A stretch of DNA of 64,000 nt from Eledone cirrhosa (taxonomy: Eukaryota). This document shows, one piece after another, positions 10,901-25,900 of the stretch (position 1 is its first letter; each line of letters starts with the position of its first letter). The stretch covers positions 253,828,001 through 253,892,000 of the forward strand of contig OZ024741.1 in NCBI GenBank assembly GCA_964016885.1, written 5' to 3'. Under the pieces are notes generated by a model. That model searched no databases, was not told the origin of the DNA, and saw nothing but the letters and a program-made list of their open reading frames with translations. Made by a program: the position numbers and the translations under genes.

Positions 10901-13900
10901 TGTGTATATACCTGTTGGTGTATGTGTGATATTAAGACTGTATATATACCTGTTGGTGTATGTGTGACATTAAGACTGTATATATACCTGTTGGTGTATG
11001 TGTGACATTAAGACTGTGTATATACCTGTTGGTGTATGTGTGACATTATGACTGTATATATACCTATTGGTGTATGTGTGACATTATGACTGTATATATA
11101 CCTGTTGGTGTATGTGTGACATTATGACTGTGTATATACCTGTTGGTGTATGTGTGACATTATGACTGTGTATATACATGTTGGTGTATGTGTGACATTA
11201 TGACTGTGTATATACCTGTTGGTGTATGTGTGACATTATGACTTCATATATACCTGTTGGTGTATGTGTGACATTAAGGCTGTACATATACCTGTTGGTG
11301 TATGTGTCACATTATGACTGTATATATACCTGTTGGTGTATGTGTGACATTATGACTGTATATATACCTGTTGGTGTATGTGTCACATTATGACTGTATA
11401 TATACCTGTTGGTGTATATGTGACATTAAGACTGTATATATACCTGTTGGTGTATGTGTGACATTAAGACTGTATATATACCTGTTGGTGTATGTGTGAC
11501 ATTATGACTGTATATATACCTGTTGGTGTATGTGTGATATTAAGACTGTGTATATACCTGTTGGTGTATGTGTGACATTAAGACTGTGTATATACCTGTT
11601 GGTGTATGTGTGACATTAAGACTGTATATATACCTGTTGGTGTATGTGTGACATTAAGACTGTATATATACCTGTTGGTGTATGTGTGACATTAAGACTG
11701 TTTATATACCTGTTGGTGTATGTGTGACATTATGACTGTATATATACCTGTTGGCGTATGTGTGACATTAAGACTGTATACCTGTTGGTGTATGTGTGAC
11801 ATTAAGACTGTATACCTGTTGGTGTATGTGTGACATTAAGACTGTGTGTGTATATACCTGTTGGCGTATGTGTGACATTAAGACTGTATATATAACTGTT
11901 GGTGTATGTGGGACATTAAGACTGCATATATACCTGTTGGTGTATGTGTGACATTAAGACTGTGTATATACCTGTTGGTGTATGTGTGACATTATGACTG
12001 TATATATACCTGTTGGTGTATGTGTGACATTAAGACTGTATATATACCTGTTGGTGTGTGTGTGACATTATGACTGTATATATACCTGTTGGTGTATGTG
12101 TGACATTATGACTGTATATATACCTGTTGGTGTATGTGTGACATTAAGACTGTATATATAGCTGTTGGTGTATGTGTGACATTATGACTGTATATATACC
12201 TGTTGGTGTATGTGTGACATTAAGACTGTATATATACCTGTTGGTGTATGTGTGACATTAAGACTGTATATATACCTGTTGGTGTATGTGTGACATTAAG
12301 ACTGTATATATACCTGTTGGTGTATGTGTGACATTATGACTGTATATATACCTGTTGGTGTATGTGTGACATTATGACTGTATACCTGTTGGTGTATGTG
12401 TGACATTATGACTGTATATATACCTGTTGGTGTATGTGTGACTTTAAGACTGTATATATACCTGTTGGTGTATGTGTGACATTATGACTGTGTATATACC
12501 TGTTGGTGTATGTGTGACTTTAAGACTGTATATATACCTGTTGGTGTATGTGTGACATTATGACTGTGTATATACCTGTTGGTGTATGTGTGACATTAAG
12601 ACTGTGTATATACCTGTTGGTGTATATGTGACATTATGACTGTATATATACCTGTTGGTGTATGTGTGACATTAAGACTGTGTATACCTGTTGGTGTATG
12701 TGTGACAGTATGACTGTGTGTATACCTGTTGGTGTATGTGTGACATTATGACTGTGTATATACCTGTTGGTGTATGTGTGACATTAAGACTGTATATATA
12801 CCTGTTGGTGTATGTGTGACATTAAGACTGTATATATACCTGTTGGTGTATGTGTGACATTAAGACTGTATATATACCTGTTGGTGTATGTGTGATATTA
12901 AGACTGTATATATACCTGCTGGTGTATGTGTGACATTATGACTGTGTATATACCTGTTGGTGTATGTGTGATATTAAGACTGTATATATACCTGTTGGTG
13001 TATGTGTGACATTAAGACTGTATATATACCTGTTGGTGTATGTGTGATATTAAGACTGTATATATACCTGTTGGTGTATGTGTGACATTAAGACTGTATA
13101 TATACCTGTTTGTGTATGTCTGACATTAAGACTGTATATATACCTGTGGGTGTATGTGTGACATTATGACTGTGTATACCTGTTGGTGTATGTGTGACAT
13201 TATGACTGTGTATATACCTGTTGGTGTATGTGTGACATTATGACTGTGTATATACCTGTTGGTGTATGTGTGACATTAAGACTGTATATATACCTGTTGG
13301 TGTATGTGTGACATTAAGACTGTGTATACCTGTTGGTGTATGTGTGACAGTATGACTGTGTATATACCTGTTGGTGTATGTGTGACATTATGACTGTGTA
13401 TATACCTGTTGGTGTATGTGTGACATTAAGACTGTATATATACCTGTTGGTGTATGTGTGACATTAAGACTGTATATATACCTGTTGGTGTATGTGTGAC
13501 ATTAAGACAGTATATATACCTGTTGGTGTATGTGTGACATTAAGACTGTATATATACCTGTTGGTGTATGTGTGACATTAAGACTGTATATATACCTGTT
13601 GGTGTATGTGTGACATTATGACTGTGTATATACCTGTTGGTGTATGTGTGACATTAAGAGTGTATATATACCTGTTGGTGTATGTGTGACATTAAGACTG
13701 TATATATACCTGTTGGTGTATGTGTGACATTAAGTCTGTATATATACCTGTTGGTGTATGTGTGACATTAAGACTGTATATATACCTGTTGGTGTACGTG
13801 TGACATTATGACTGTGTATATACCTGTTGGTGTATGTGTTACATTAAGACTGTATATATACCTGTTGGTGTATGTGTGACATTAAGACTGTATATATACC

Positions 13901-16900
13901 TGTTGGTGTATGTGTGACATTAAGACTGTACATATACCTGTTGGTGTATGTGTGACATTAAGACTGTATATATACCTGTTGGTGTATGTGTGACATTATG
14001 ACTGTGTATATACCTGTTGGTGTATGTGTGACATTAAGACTGTATATATACCTGTTGGTGTATGTGTGACATTATGACTGTGTATATACCTGTTGGTGTA
14101 TGTGTGACATTAAGACTGAATATATACCTGTTGGTGTATGTATGACATTATGACTGTGTATATACCTGTTGGTGTATGTGTGACATTAAGACTGTATATA
14201 TACCTGTTGGTGTATGTGTGACATTAAGACTGTGTATATACCTATTGGTGTATGTGTGACATTAAGACTGTATATATACCTGTTGGTGTATGTGTGACAT
14301 TAAGACTGTATATATACCTGTTGTTGTATGTGTGACATTATGACTGTGTATATACCTGTTGGTGTATGTGTGACATTAAGACTGTATACCTGTTGGTGTA
14401 CGTGTGACATTAAGACTGTGTATATACCTGTTGGTGTATGTGTGACATTATGACTGTATATATACCTGTTGGTGTATGTGTGACATTAAGACTGTGTATA
14501 TACCTGTTGGTGTATGTGTGACATTAAGACTGTATATATACCTGTTGGTGTATGTGTGACATTAAGACTGTGTATATACCTGTTGGTGTATGTGTGATAT
14601 TAAGACTGTATATATACCTGCTGGTGTATGTGTGACATTATGACTGTGTATATACCTGTTGGTGTATGTGTGATATTAAGACTGTATATATACCTGTTGG
14701 TGTATGTGTGACATTAAGACTGTATATATACCTGTTGGTGTATGTGTGACATTAAGACTGTATATATACCTGTTGGTGTATGTGTGACATTAAGACTGTA
14801 TATATACCTGTTGGTGTATGTCTGACATTAAGACTGTATATATACCTGTGGGTGTATGTGTGACATTATGACTGTGTATACCTGTTGGTGTATGTGTGAC
14901 ATTATGACTGTGTATATACCTGTTGGTGTATGTGTGACATTATGACTGTGTATATACCTGTTGGTGTATGTGTGACATTAAGACTGTATATATACCTGTT
15001 GGTGTATGTGTGACATTAAGACTGTGTATACCTGTTGGTGTATGTGTGACATTATGACTGTGTATATACCTGTTGGTGTATGTGTGACATTAAGACTGTA
15101 TATATACCTGTTGGTGTATGTGTGACATTAAGACTGTATATATACCTGTTGGTGTATGTGTGACATTAAGACTGTATATATACCTGCTGGTGTATGTGTG
15201 ACATTATGACTGTGTATATACCTGTTGGTGTATGTGTGATATTAAGACTGTATATATACCTGTTGGGGTATGTGTGACATTAAGACTGTATATATACCTG
15301 TTGGTGTATGTGTGACATTAAGACTGTATATATACCTGTTGGTGTATGTGTGACAGTAAGACTGTATATATACCTGTTGGTGTATGTGTGACATTATGAC
15401 TGTGTATATACCTGTTGGTGTATGTGTGACATTAAGACTGTATATATACCTGTTGGTGTATGTGTGACATTATGACTGTGTATATACCTGTTGGTGTATG
15501 TGTGACATTAAGACTGTATATATACCTGTTGGTGTATGTGTGACATTAAGACTGTGTATATACCTGTTTGTGTATGTGTGACATTAAGACTGTGTATATA
15601 CCTGTTGGTGTATGTGTGACATTATGACTGTGTATATACCTGTTGGTGTATGTGTGACATTAAGACTGTATATATACCTGTTGGTGTATGTGTGACATTA
15701 AGACTGTATATATACCTGTTGGTGTATGTGTGACATTATGACTGTGTATATACCTGTTGGTGTATGTGTGATATTAAGACTGTATACCTGTTGGTGTATG
15801 TGTGACATTAAGACTGTGTATATACCTGTTGGTGTATGTGTGACATTATGACTGTATATATACCTGTTGGTGTATGTGTGACATTAAGACTGTGTATATA
15901 CCTGTTGGTGTATGTGTGACATTAAGACTGTATATATACCTGTTGGTGTATGTGTGACATTAAGACTGTGTATATACCTGTTGGTGTATGTGTGACATTA
16001 TGACTGTGTATATACATGTTGGTGTATGTGTGACATTATGACTGTGTATATACCTGTTGGTGTATGTGTGACATTATGACTTCATATATACCTGTTGGTG
16101 TATGTGTGACATTAAGGCTGTACATATACCTGTTGGTGTATGTGTCACATTATGACTGTATATATACCTGTTGGTGTATGTGTGACATTATGACTGTATA
16201 TATACCTGTTGGTGTATGTGTCACATTATGACTGTATATATACCTGTTGGTGTATATGTGACATTAAGACTGTATATATACCTGTTGGTGTATGTGTGAT
16301 ATTAAGACTGTATATATACCTGTTGGTGTATGTGTGACATTATGACTGTATATATACCTGTTGGTGTATGTGTGACATTAAGACTGTGTATATACCTGTT
16401 GGTGTATGTGTGACATTAAGACTGTGTATATACCTGTTGGTGTATGTGTGACATTAAGACTGTATATATACCTGTTGGTGTATGTGTGACATTAAGACTG
16501 TATATATACCTGTTGGTGTATGTGTGACATTAAGACTGTTTATATACCTGTTGGTGTATGTGTGACATTATGACTGTATATATACCTGTTGGCGTATGTG
16601 TGACATTAAGACTGTATACCTGTTGGTGTATGTGTGACATTAAGACTGTATACCTGTTGGTGTATGTGTGACATTAAGACTGTGTGTGTATATACCTGTT
16701 GGTGTATGTGTGACATTAAGACTGTATATATACCTGTTGGTGTATGTGTGACATTAAGACTGCATATATACCTGTTGGTGTATGTGTGACATTAAGACTG
16801 TGTATATACCTGTTGGTGTATGTGTGACATTATGACTGTATATATACCTGTTGGTGTATGTGTGACATTAAGACTGTATATATACCTGTTGGTGTGTGTG

Positions 16901-19900
16901 TGACATTATGACTGTATATATACCTGTTGGTGTATGTGTGACATTATGACTGTATATATACCTGTTGGTGTATGTGTGACATTAAGACTGTATATATAGC
17001 TGTTGGTGTATGTGTGACATTATGACTGTATATATACCTGTTGGTGTATGTGTGACATTAAGACTGTATATATACCTGTTGGTGTATGTGTGACATTAAG
17101 ACTGTATATATACCTGTTGGTGTATGTGTGACATTAAGACTGTATATATACCTGTTGGTGTATGTGTGACATTATGACTGTATATATACCTGTTGGTGTA
17201 TGTGTGACATTATGACTGTATACCTGTTGGTGTATGTGTGACATTATGACTGTATATATACCTGTTGGTGTATGTGTGACTTTAAGACTGTATATATACC
17301 TGTTGGTGTATGTGTGACATTATGACTGTGTATATACCTGTTGGTGTATGTGTGACTTTAAGACTGTATATATACCTGTTGGTGTATGTGTGACATTATG
17401 ACTGTGTATATACCTGTTGGTGTATGTGTGACATTAAGACTGTGTATATACCTGTTGGTGTATGTGTGACATTATGACTGTATATATACCTGTTGGTGTA
17501 TGTGTGACATTAAGACTGTGTATACCTGTTGGTGTATGTGTGACAGTATGACTGTGTGTATACCTGTTGGTGTATGTGTGACATTATGACTGTGTATATA
17601 CCTGTTGGTGTATGTGTGACATTAAGACTGTATATATACCTGTTGGTGTATGTGTGACATTAAGACTGTATATATACCTGTTGGTGTATGTGTGACATTA
17701 AGACTGTATATATACCTATTGGTGTATGTGTGATATTAAGACTGTATATATACCTGCTGGTGTATGTGTGACATTATGACTGTGTATATACCTGTTGGTG
17801 TATGTGTGATATTAAGACTGTATATATACCTGTTGGTGTATGTGTGACATAAAGACTGTATATATACCTGTTGGTGTATGTGTGACATTAAGACTGTATA
17901 TATACCTGTTGGTGTATGTGTGACATTAAGATTGTATATATACCTGTTGGTGTATGTCTGACATTAAGACTGTATATATACCTGTGGGTGTATGTGTGAC
18001 ATTATGACTGTGTATACCTGTTGGTGTATGTGTGACATTATGACTGTGTATATACCTGTTGGTGTATGTGTGACATTATGACTGTGTATATACCTGTTGG
18101 TGTATGTGTGACATTAAGACTGTATATATACCTGTTGGTGTATGTGTGACATTAAGACTGTGTATACCTGTTGGTGTATGTGTGACAGTATGACTGTGTA
18201 TATACCTGTTGGTGTATGTGTGACATTATGACTGTGTATATACCTGTTGGTGTATGTGTGACATTAAGACTGTATATATACCTGTTGGTGTATGTGTGAC
18301 ATTAAGACTGTATATATACCTGTTGGTGTATGTGTGACATTAAGACAGTATATATACCTGTTGGTGTATGTGTGAAATTAAGACTGTATATATACCTGTT
18401 GGTGTATGTGTGACATTAAGACTGTATATATACCTGTTGGTGTATGTGTGACATTATGACTGTGTATCTACCTGTTGGTGTATGTGTGACATTAAGAGTG
18501 TATATATACCTGTTGGTGTATGTGTGACATTAAGACTGTATATATACCTGTTGGTGTATGTGTGACATTAAGTCTGTATATATACCTGTTGGTGTATGTG
18601 TGACATTAAGACTGTATATATACCTGTTGGTGTACGTGTGACATTATGACTGTGTATATACCTGTTGGTGTATGTGTTACATTAAGACTGTATATATACC
18701 TGTTGGTGTATGTGTGACATTAAGACTGTATATATACCTGTTGGTGTATGTGTGACATTAAGACTGTATATATACCTGTTGGTGTATGTGTGACATTAAG
18801 ACTGTATATATACCTGTTGGTGTATGTGTGACATTATGACTGTGTATATACCTGTTGGTGTATGTGTGACATTAAGACTGTATATATACCTGTTGGTGTA
18901 TGTGTGACATTATGACTGTGTATATACCTGTTGGTGTATGTGTGACATTAAGACTGAATATATACCTGTTGGTGTATGTATGACATTATGACTGTGTATA
19001 TACCTGTTGGTGTATGTGTGACATTAAGACTGTATATATACCTGTTGGTGTATGTGTGACATTAAGACTGTGTATATACCTGTTGGTGTATGTGTGACAT
19101 TAAGACTGTATATATACCTGTTGGTGTATGTGTGACATTAAGACTGTATGTATACCTGTTGTTGTATGTGTGACATTATGACTGTGTATATACCTGTTGG
19201 TGTATGTGTGACATTAAGACTGTATACCTGTTCGTGTACGTGTGACATTAAGACTGTGTATATACCTGTTGGTGTATGTGTGACATTATGACTGTATATA
19301 TACCTGTTGGTGTATGTGTGACATTAAGACTGTGTATATACCTGTTGGTGTATGTGTGACATTAAGACTGTATATATACCTGTTGGTGTATGTGTGACAT
19401 TAAGACTGTGTATATACCTGTTGGTGTATGTGTGACATTATGACTGTATATATACCTGTTGGTGTATGTGTGACATTAAGACTGTATATATACCTGTTGG
19501 TGTATGTGTGACATTAAGACTGTATATATACCTGTTGGTGTATGTGTGATATTAAGACTGTATATATACCTGCTGGTGTATGTGTGACATTATGACTGTG
19601 TATATACCTGTTGGTGTATGTGTGATATTAAGACTGTATATATACCTGTTGGTGTATGTGTGACATTAAGACTGTATATATACCTGTTGGTGTATGTGTG
19701 ACATTAAGACTGTATATATACCTGTTGGTGTATGTGTGACATTAAGACTGTATATATACCTGTTGGTGTATGTCTGACATTAAGACTGTATATATACCTG
19801 TGGGTGTATGTGTGACATTATGACTGTGTATACCTGTTGGTGTATGTGTGACATTATGACTGTGTATATACCTGTTGGTGTATGTGTGACATTATGACTG

Positions 19901-22900
19901 TGTATATACCTGTTGGTGTATGTGTGACATTAAGACTGTATATATACCTGTTGGTGTATGTGTGACATTAAGACTGTGTATACCTGTTGGTGTATGTGTG
20001 ACAGTATGACTGTGTATATACCTGTTGGTGTATGTGTGACATTATGACTGTGTATATACCTGTTGGTGTATGTGTGACATTAAGACTGTATATATACCTG
20101 TTGGTGTATGTGTGACATTAAGACAGTATATATACCTGTTGGTGTATGTGTGACATTAAGACTGTATATATACCTGTTGGTGTATGTGTGACATTAAGAC
20201 TGTATATATACCTGTTGGTGTATGTGTGACATTATGACTGTGTATATACCTGTTGGTGTATGTGTGACATTAAGACTGTATATATACCTGTTGGTGTATG
20301 TGTGACATTAAGACTGTATATATACCTGTTGGTGTATGTGTGACATTAAGACTGTATATATACCTGTTGGTGTATGTGTGACATTAAGACTGTATATATA
20401 CCTGTTGGTGTATGTGTGACATTATGACTGTGTATATACCTGTTGGTGTATGTGTGACATTAAGACTGTATATATACCTGTTGGTGTATGTGTGACATTA
20501 TGACTGTGTATATACCTGTTGGTGTATGTGTGATATTAAGACTGAATATATACCTGTTGGTGTATGTATGACATTATGACTGTGTATATACCTGTTGGTG
20601 TATGTGTGACATTAAGACTGTATATATACCTGTTGGTGTATGTGTGACATTAAGACTGTGTATATACCTGCTGGTGTATGTGTGACATTATGACTGTGTA
20701 TATACCTGTTAGTGTATGTGTGACATTAAGACTGTATATATACCTGTTGGTGTATGTGTGACATTAAGACTGTATATATACCTGTTGGTGTATGTGTGAC
20801 ATTATGACTGTGTATATACCTGTTGGTGTATGTGTGACATTAAGACTGTATACCTGTTGGTGTACGTGTGACATTAAGACTGTGTATATACCTGTTGGTG
20901 TATGTGTGACATTATGACTGTATATATACCTGTTGGTGTATGTGTGACATTAAGACTGTGTATATACCTGTTGGTGTATGTGTGACATTAAGACTGTATA
21001 TATAACTGTTGGTGTATGTGTGACATTAAGACTGTGTATATACCTGTTGGTGTATGTGTGACATTATGACTGTATATATACCTGTTGGTGTATGTGTGAC
21101 ATTATGACTGTATATATACCTGTTGGTGTATGTGTGACATTATGACTGTATATATACCTGTTGGTGTATGTGTGACACTATGACTGTGTATATACCTGTT
21201 GGTGTATGTGTGACATTATGACTGTGTATATACATGTTGGTGTATGTGTGACATTAAGACTGTGTATATACCTGTTGGCGTATGTGTGACATTATGACTG
21301 TATACCTGTTGGTGTATGTGTGACATTATGACTGTATATATACCTGTTGGTGTATGTGTGACATTAAGACTGTATATATACCTGTTGGTGTATGTGTGAC
21401 ATTATGACTGTGTATATACCTGTTGGTGTATGTGTGACATTAAGACTGTATACCTGTTGGTGTATGTGTGACATTAAGACTGTGTATATACCTGTTGGTG
21501 TATGTGTGACATTATGACTGTATATATACCTGTTGGTGTATATGTGACATTAAGACTGTGTACCTGTTGGTGTATGTGTGACATTAAGACTGTGTATATA
21601 CCTGTTGGTGTATGTGTGACATTAAGACTGTATATATACCTGTTGGTGTATGTGTGACATTATGACTGTGTATACCTGTTGGTGTATGTGTGACATTATG
21701 ACTGTGTATATACCTGTTGGTGTATGTGTGACATTATGACTGTGTATATACCTGTTGGTGTATGTGTGACATTAAGACTGTATATATACCTGTTGGTGTA
21801 TGTGTGACATTAAGACTGTGTATACCTGTTGGTGTATGTGTGACAGTATGACTGTGTATATACCTGTTGGTGTATGTGTGACATTAAGACTGTATATATA
21901 CCTGTTGGTGTATGTGTGACATTATGACTGTGTATATTCCTGTTGGTGTATGTGTGACATTAAGACTGTATATATACCTGTTGGTGTATGTGTGACATTA
22001 AGACTGTGTATATACCTGCTGGTGTATGTGTGACATTATGACTGTGTATATACCTGTTGGTGTATGTGTGACATTAAGACTGTATATATACCTGTTGGTG
22101 TATGTGTGACATTAAGACTGTATATATACCTGTTGTTGTATGTGTGACATTATGACTGTGTATATACCTGTTGGTGTATGTGTGACATTAAGACTGTATA
22201 CCTGTTGGTGTACGTGTGACATTAAGACTGTGTATATACCTGTTGGTGTATGTGTGACATTAAGACTGTATATATACCTGTTGGTGTATGTGTGACATTA
22301 AGAGTGTATATATACCTGTTGGTGTATGTGTGACATTAAGACTGTATATATACCTGTTGGTGTATGTGTGACATTAAGTCTGTATATATACCTGTTGGTG
22401 TATGTGTGACATTAAGACTGTATATATACCTGTTGGTGTACGTGTGACATTATGACTGTGTATATACCTGTTGGTGTATGTGTTACATTAAGACTGTATA
22501 TATACCTGTTGGTGTATGTGTGACATTAAGACTGTATATATACCTGTTGGTGTATGTGTGACATTAAGACTGTATATATACCTGTTGGTGTATGTGTGAC
22601 ATTAAGACTGTATATATACCTGTTGGTGTATGTGTGACATTATGACTGTGTATATACCTGTTGGTGTATGTGTGACATTAAGACTGTATATATACCTGTT
22701 GGTGTATGTGTGACATTATGACTGTGTATATACCTGTTGGTGTATGTGTGACATTAAGACTGAATATATACCTGTTGGTGTATGTATGACATTATGACTG
22801 TGTATATACCTGTTGGTGTATGTGTGACATTAAGACTGTATATATACCTGTTGGTGTATGTGTGACATTAAGACTGTGTATATACCTGTTGGTGTATGTG

Positions 22901-25900
22901 TGACATTAAGACTGTATATATACCTGTTGGTGTATGTGTGACATTAAGACTGTATGTATACCTGTTGTTGTATGTGTGACATTATGACTGTGTATATACC
23001 TGTTGGTGTATGTGTGACATTAAGACTGTATACCTGTTCGTGTACGTGTGACATTAAGACTGTGTATATACCTGTTGGTGTATGTGTGACATTATGACTG
23101 TATATATACCTGTTGGTGTATGTGTGACATTAAGACTGTATATATACCTGTTGGTGTATGTGTGATATTAAGACTGTATATATACCTGCTGGTGTATGTG
23201 GGACATTATGACTGTGTATATACCTGTTGGTGTATGTGTGATATTAAGACTGTATATATACCTGTTGGTGTATGTGTGACATTAAGACTGTATATATACC
23301 TGTTGGTGTATGTGTGACATTAAGACTGTATATATACCTGTTGGTGTATGTGTGACATTAAGACTGTATATATACCTGTTGGTGTATGTCTGACATTAAG
23401 ACTGTATATATACCTGTGGGTGTATGTGTGACATTATGACTGTGTATACCTGTTGGTGTATGTGTGACATTATGACTGTGTATATACCTGTTGGTGTATG
23501 TGTGACATTATGACTGTGTATATACCTGTTGGTGTATGTGTGACATTAAGACTGTATATATACCTGTTGGTGTATGTGTGACATTAAGACTGTGTATACC
23601 TGTTGGTGTATGTGTGACAGTATGACTGTGTATATACCTGTTGGTGTATGTGTGACATTATGACTGTGTATATACCTGTTGGTGTATGTGTGACATTAAG
23701 ACTGTATATATACCTGTTGGTGTATGTGTGACATTAAGACTGTATATATACCTGTTGGTGTATGTGTGACATTAAGACAGTATATATACCTGTTGGTGTA
23801 TGTGTGACATTAAGACTGTATATATACCTGTTGGTGTATGTGTGACATTAAGACTGTATATATACCTGTTGGTGTATGTGTGACATTATGACTGTGTATA
23901 TACCTGTTGGTGTATGTGTGACATTAAGACTGTATATATACCTGTTGGTGTATGTGTGACATTAAGACTGTATATATACCTGTTGGTGTATGTGTGACAT
24001 TAAGACTGTATATATACCTGTTGGTGTATGTGTGACATTAAGACTGTATATATACCTGTTGGTGTATGTGTGACATTATGACTGTGTATATACCTGTTGG
24101 TGTATGTGTGACATTAAGACTGTATATATACCTGTTGGTGTATGTGTGACATTATGACTGTGTATATACCTGTTGGTGTATGTGTGATATTAAGACTGAA
24201 TATATACCTGTTGGTGTATGTATGACATTATGACTGTGTATATACCTGTTGGTGTATGTGTGACATTAAGACTGTATATATACCTGTTGGTGTATGTGTG
24301 ACATTAAGACTGTGTATATACCTGCTGGTGTATGTGTGACATTATGACTGTGTATATACCTGTTGGTGTATGTGTGACATTAAGACTGTATATATACCTG
24401 TTGGTGTATGTGTGACATTAAGACTGTATATATACCTGTTGGTGTATGTGTGACATTATGACTGTGTATATACCTGTTGGTGTATGTGTGACATTAAGAC
24501 TGTATACCTGTTGGTGTACGTGTGACATTAAGACTGTGTATATACCTGTTGGTGTATGTGTGACATTATGACTGTATATATACCTGTTGGTGTATGTGTG
24601 ACATTAAGACTGTGTATATACCTGTTGGTGTATGTGTGACATTAAGACTGTATATATAACTGTTGGTGTATGTGTGACATTAAGACTGTGTATATACCTG
24701 TTGGTGTATGTGTGACATTATGACTGTATATATACCTGTTGGTGTATGTGTGACATTATGACTGTATATATACCTGTTGGTGTATGTGTGACATTATGAC
24801 TGTATATATACCTGTTGGTGTATGTGTGACACTATGACTGTGTATATACCTGTTGGTGTATGTGTGACATTATGACTGTGTATATACATGTTGGTGTATG
24901 TGTGACATTAAGACTGTGTATATACCTGTTGGCGTATGTGTGACATTATGACTGTATACCTGTTGGTGTATGTGTGACATTATGACTGTATATATACCTG
25001 TTGGTGTATGTGTGACATTAAGACTGTATATATACCTGTTGGTGTATGTGTGACATTATGACTGTGTATATACCTGTTGGTGTATGTGTGACATTAAGAC
25101 TGTATACCTGTTGGTGTATGTGTGACATTAAGACTGTGTATATACCTGTTGGTGTATGTGTGACATTATGACTGTATATATACCTGTTGGTGTATATGTG
25201 ACATTAAGACTGTGTACCTGTTGGTGTATGTGTGACATTAAGACTGTGTATATACCTGTTGGTGTATGTGTGACATTAAGACTGTATATATACCTGTTGG
25301 TGTATGTGTGACATTATGACTGTGTATACCTGTTGGTGTATGTGTGACATTATGACTGTGTATATACCTGTTGGTGTATGTGTGACATTATGACTGTGTA
25401 TATACCTGTTGGTGTATGTGTGACATTAAGACTGTATATATACCTGTTGGTGTATGTGTGACATTAAGACTGTGTATACCTGTTGGTGTATGTGTGACAG
25501 TATGACTGTGTATATACCTGTTGGTGTATGTGTGACATTAAGACTGTATATATACCTGTTGGTGTATGTGTGACATTATGACTGTGTATATACCTGTTGG
25601 TGTATGTGTGACATTAAGACTGTATATATACCTGTTGGTGTATGTGTGACATTAAGACTGTGTATATACCTGCTGGTGTATGTGTGACATTATGACTGTG
25701 TATATACCTGTTGGTGTATGTGTGACATTAAGACTGTATATATACCTGTTGGTGTATGTGTGACATTAAGACTGTATATATACCTGTTGTTGTATGTGTG
25801 ACATTATGACTGTGTATATACCTGTTGGTGTATGTGTGACATTAAGACTGTATACCTGTTGGTGTACGTGTGACATTAAGACTGTGTATATACCTGTTGG

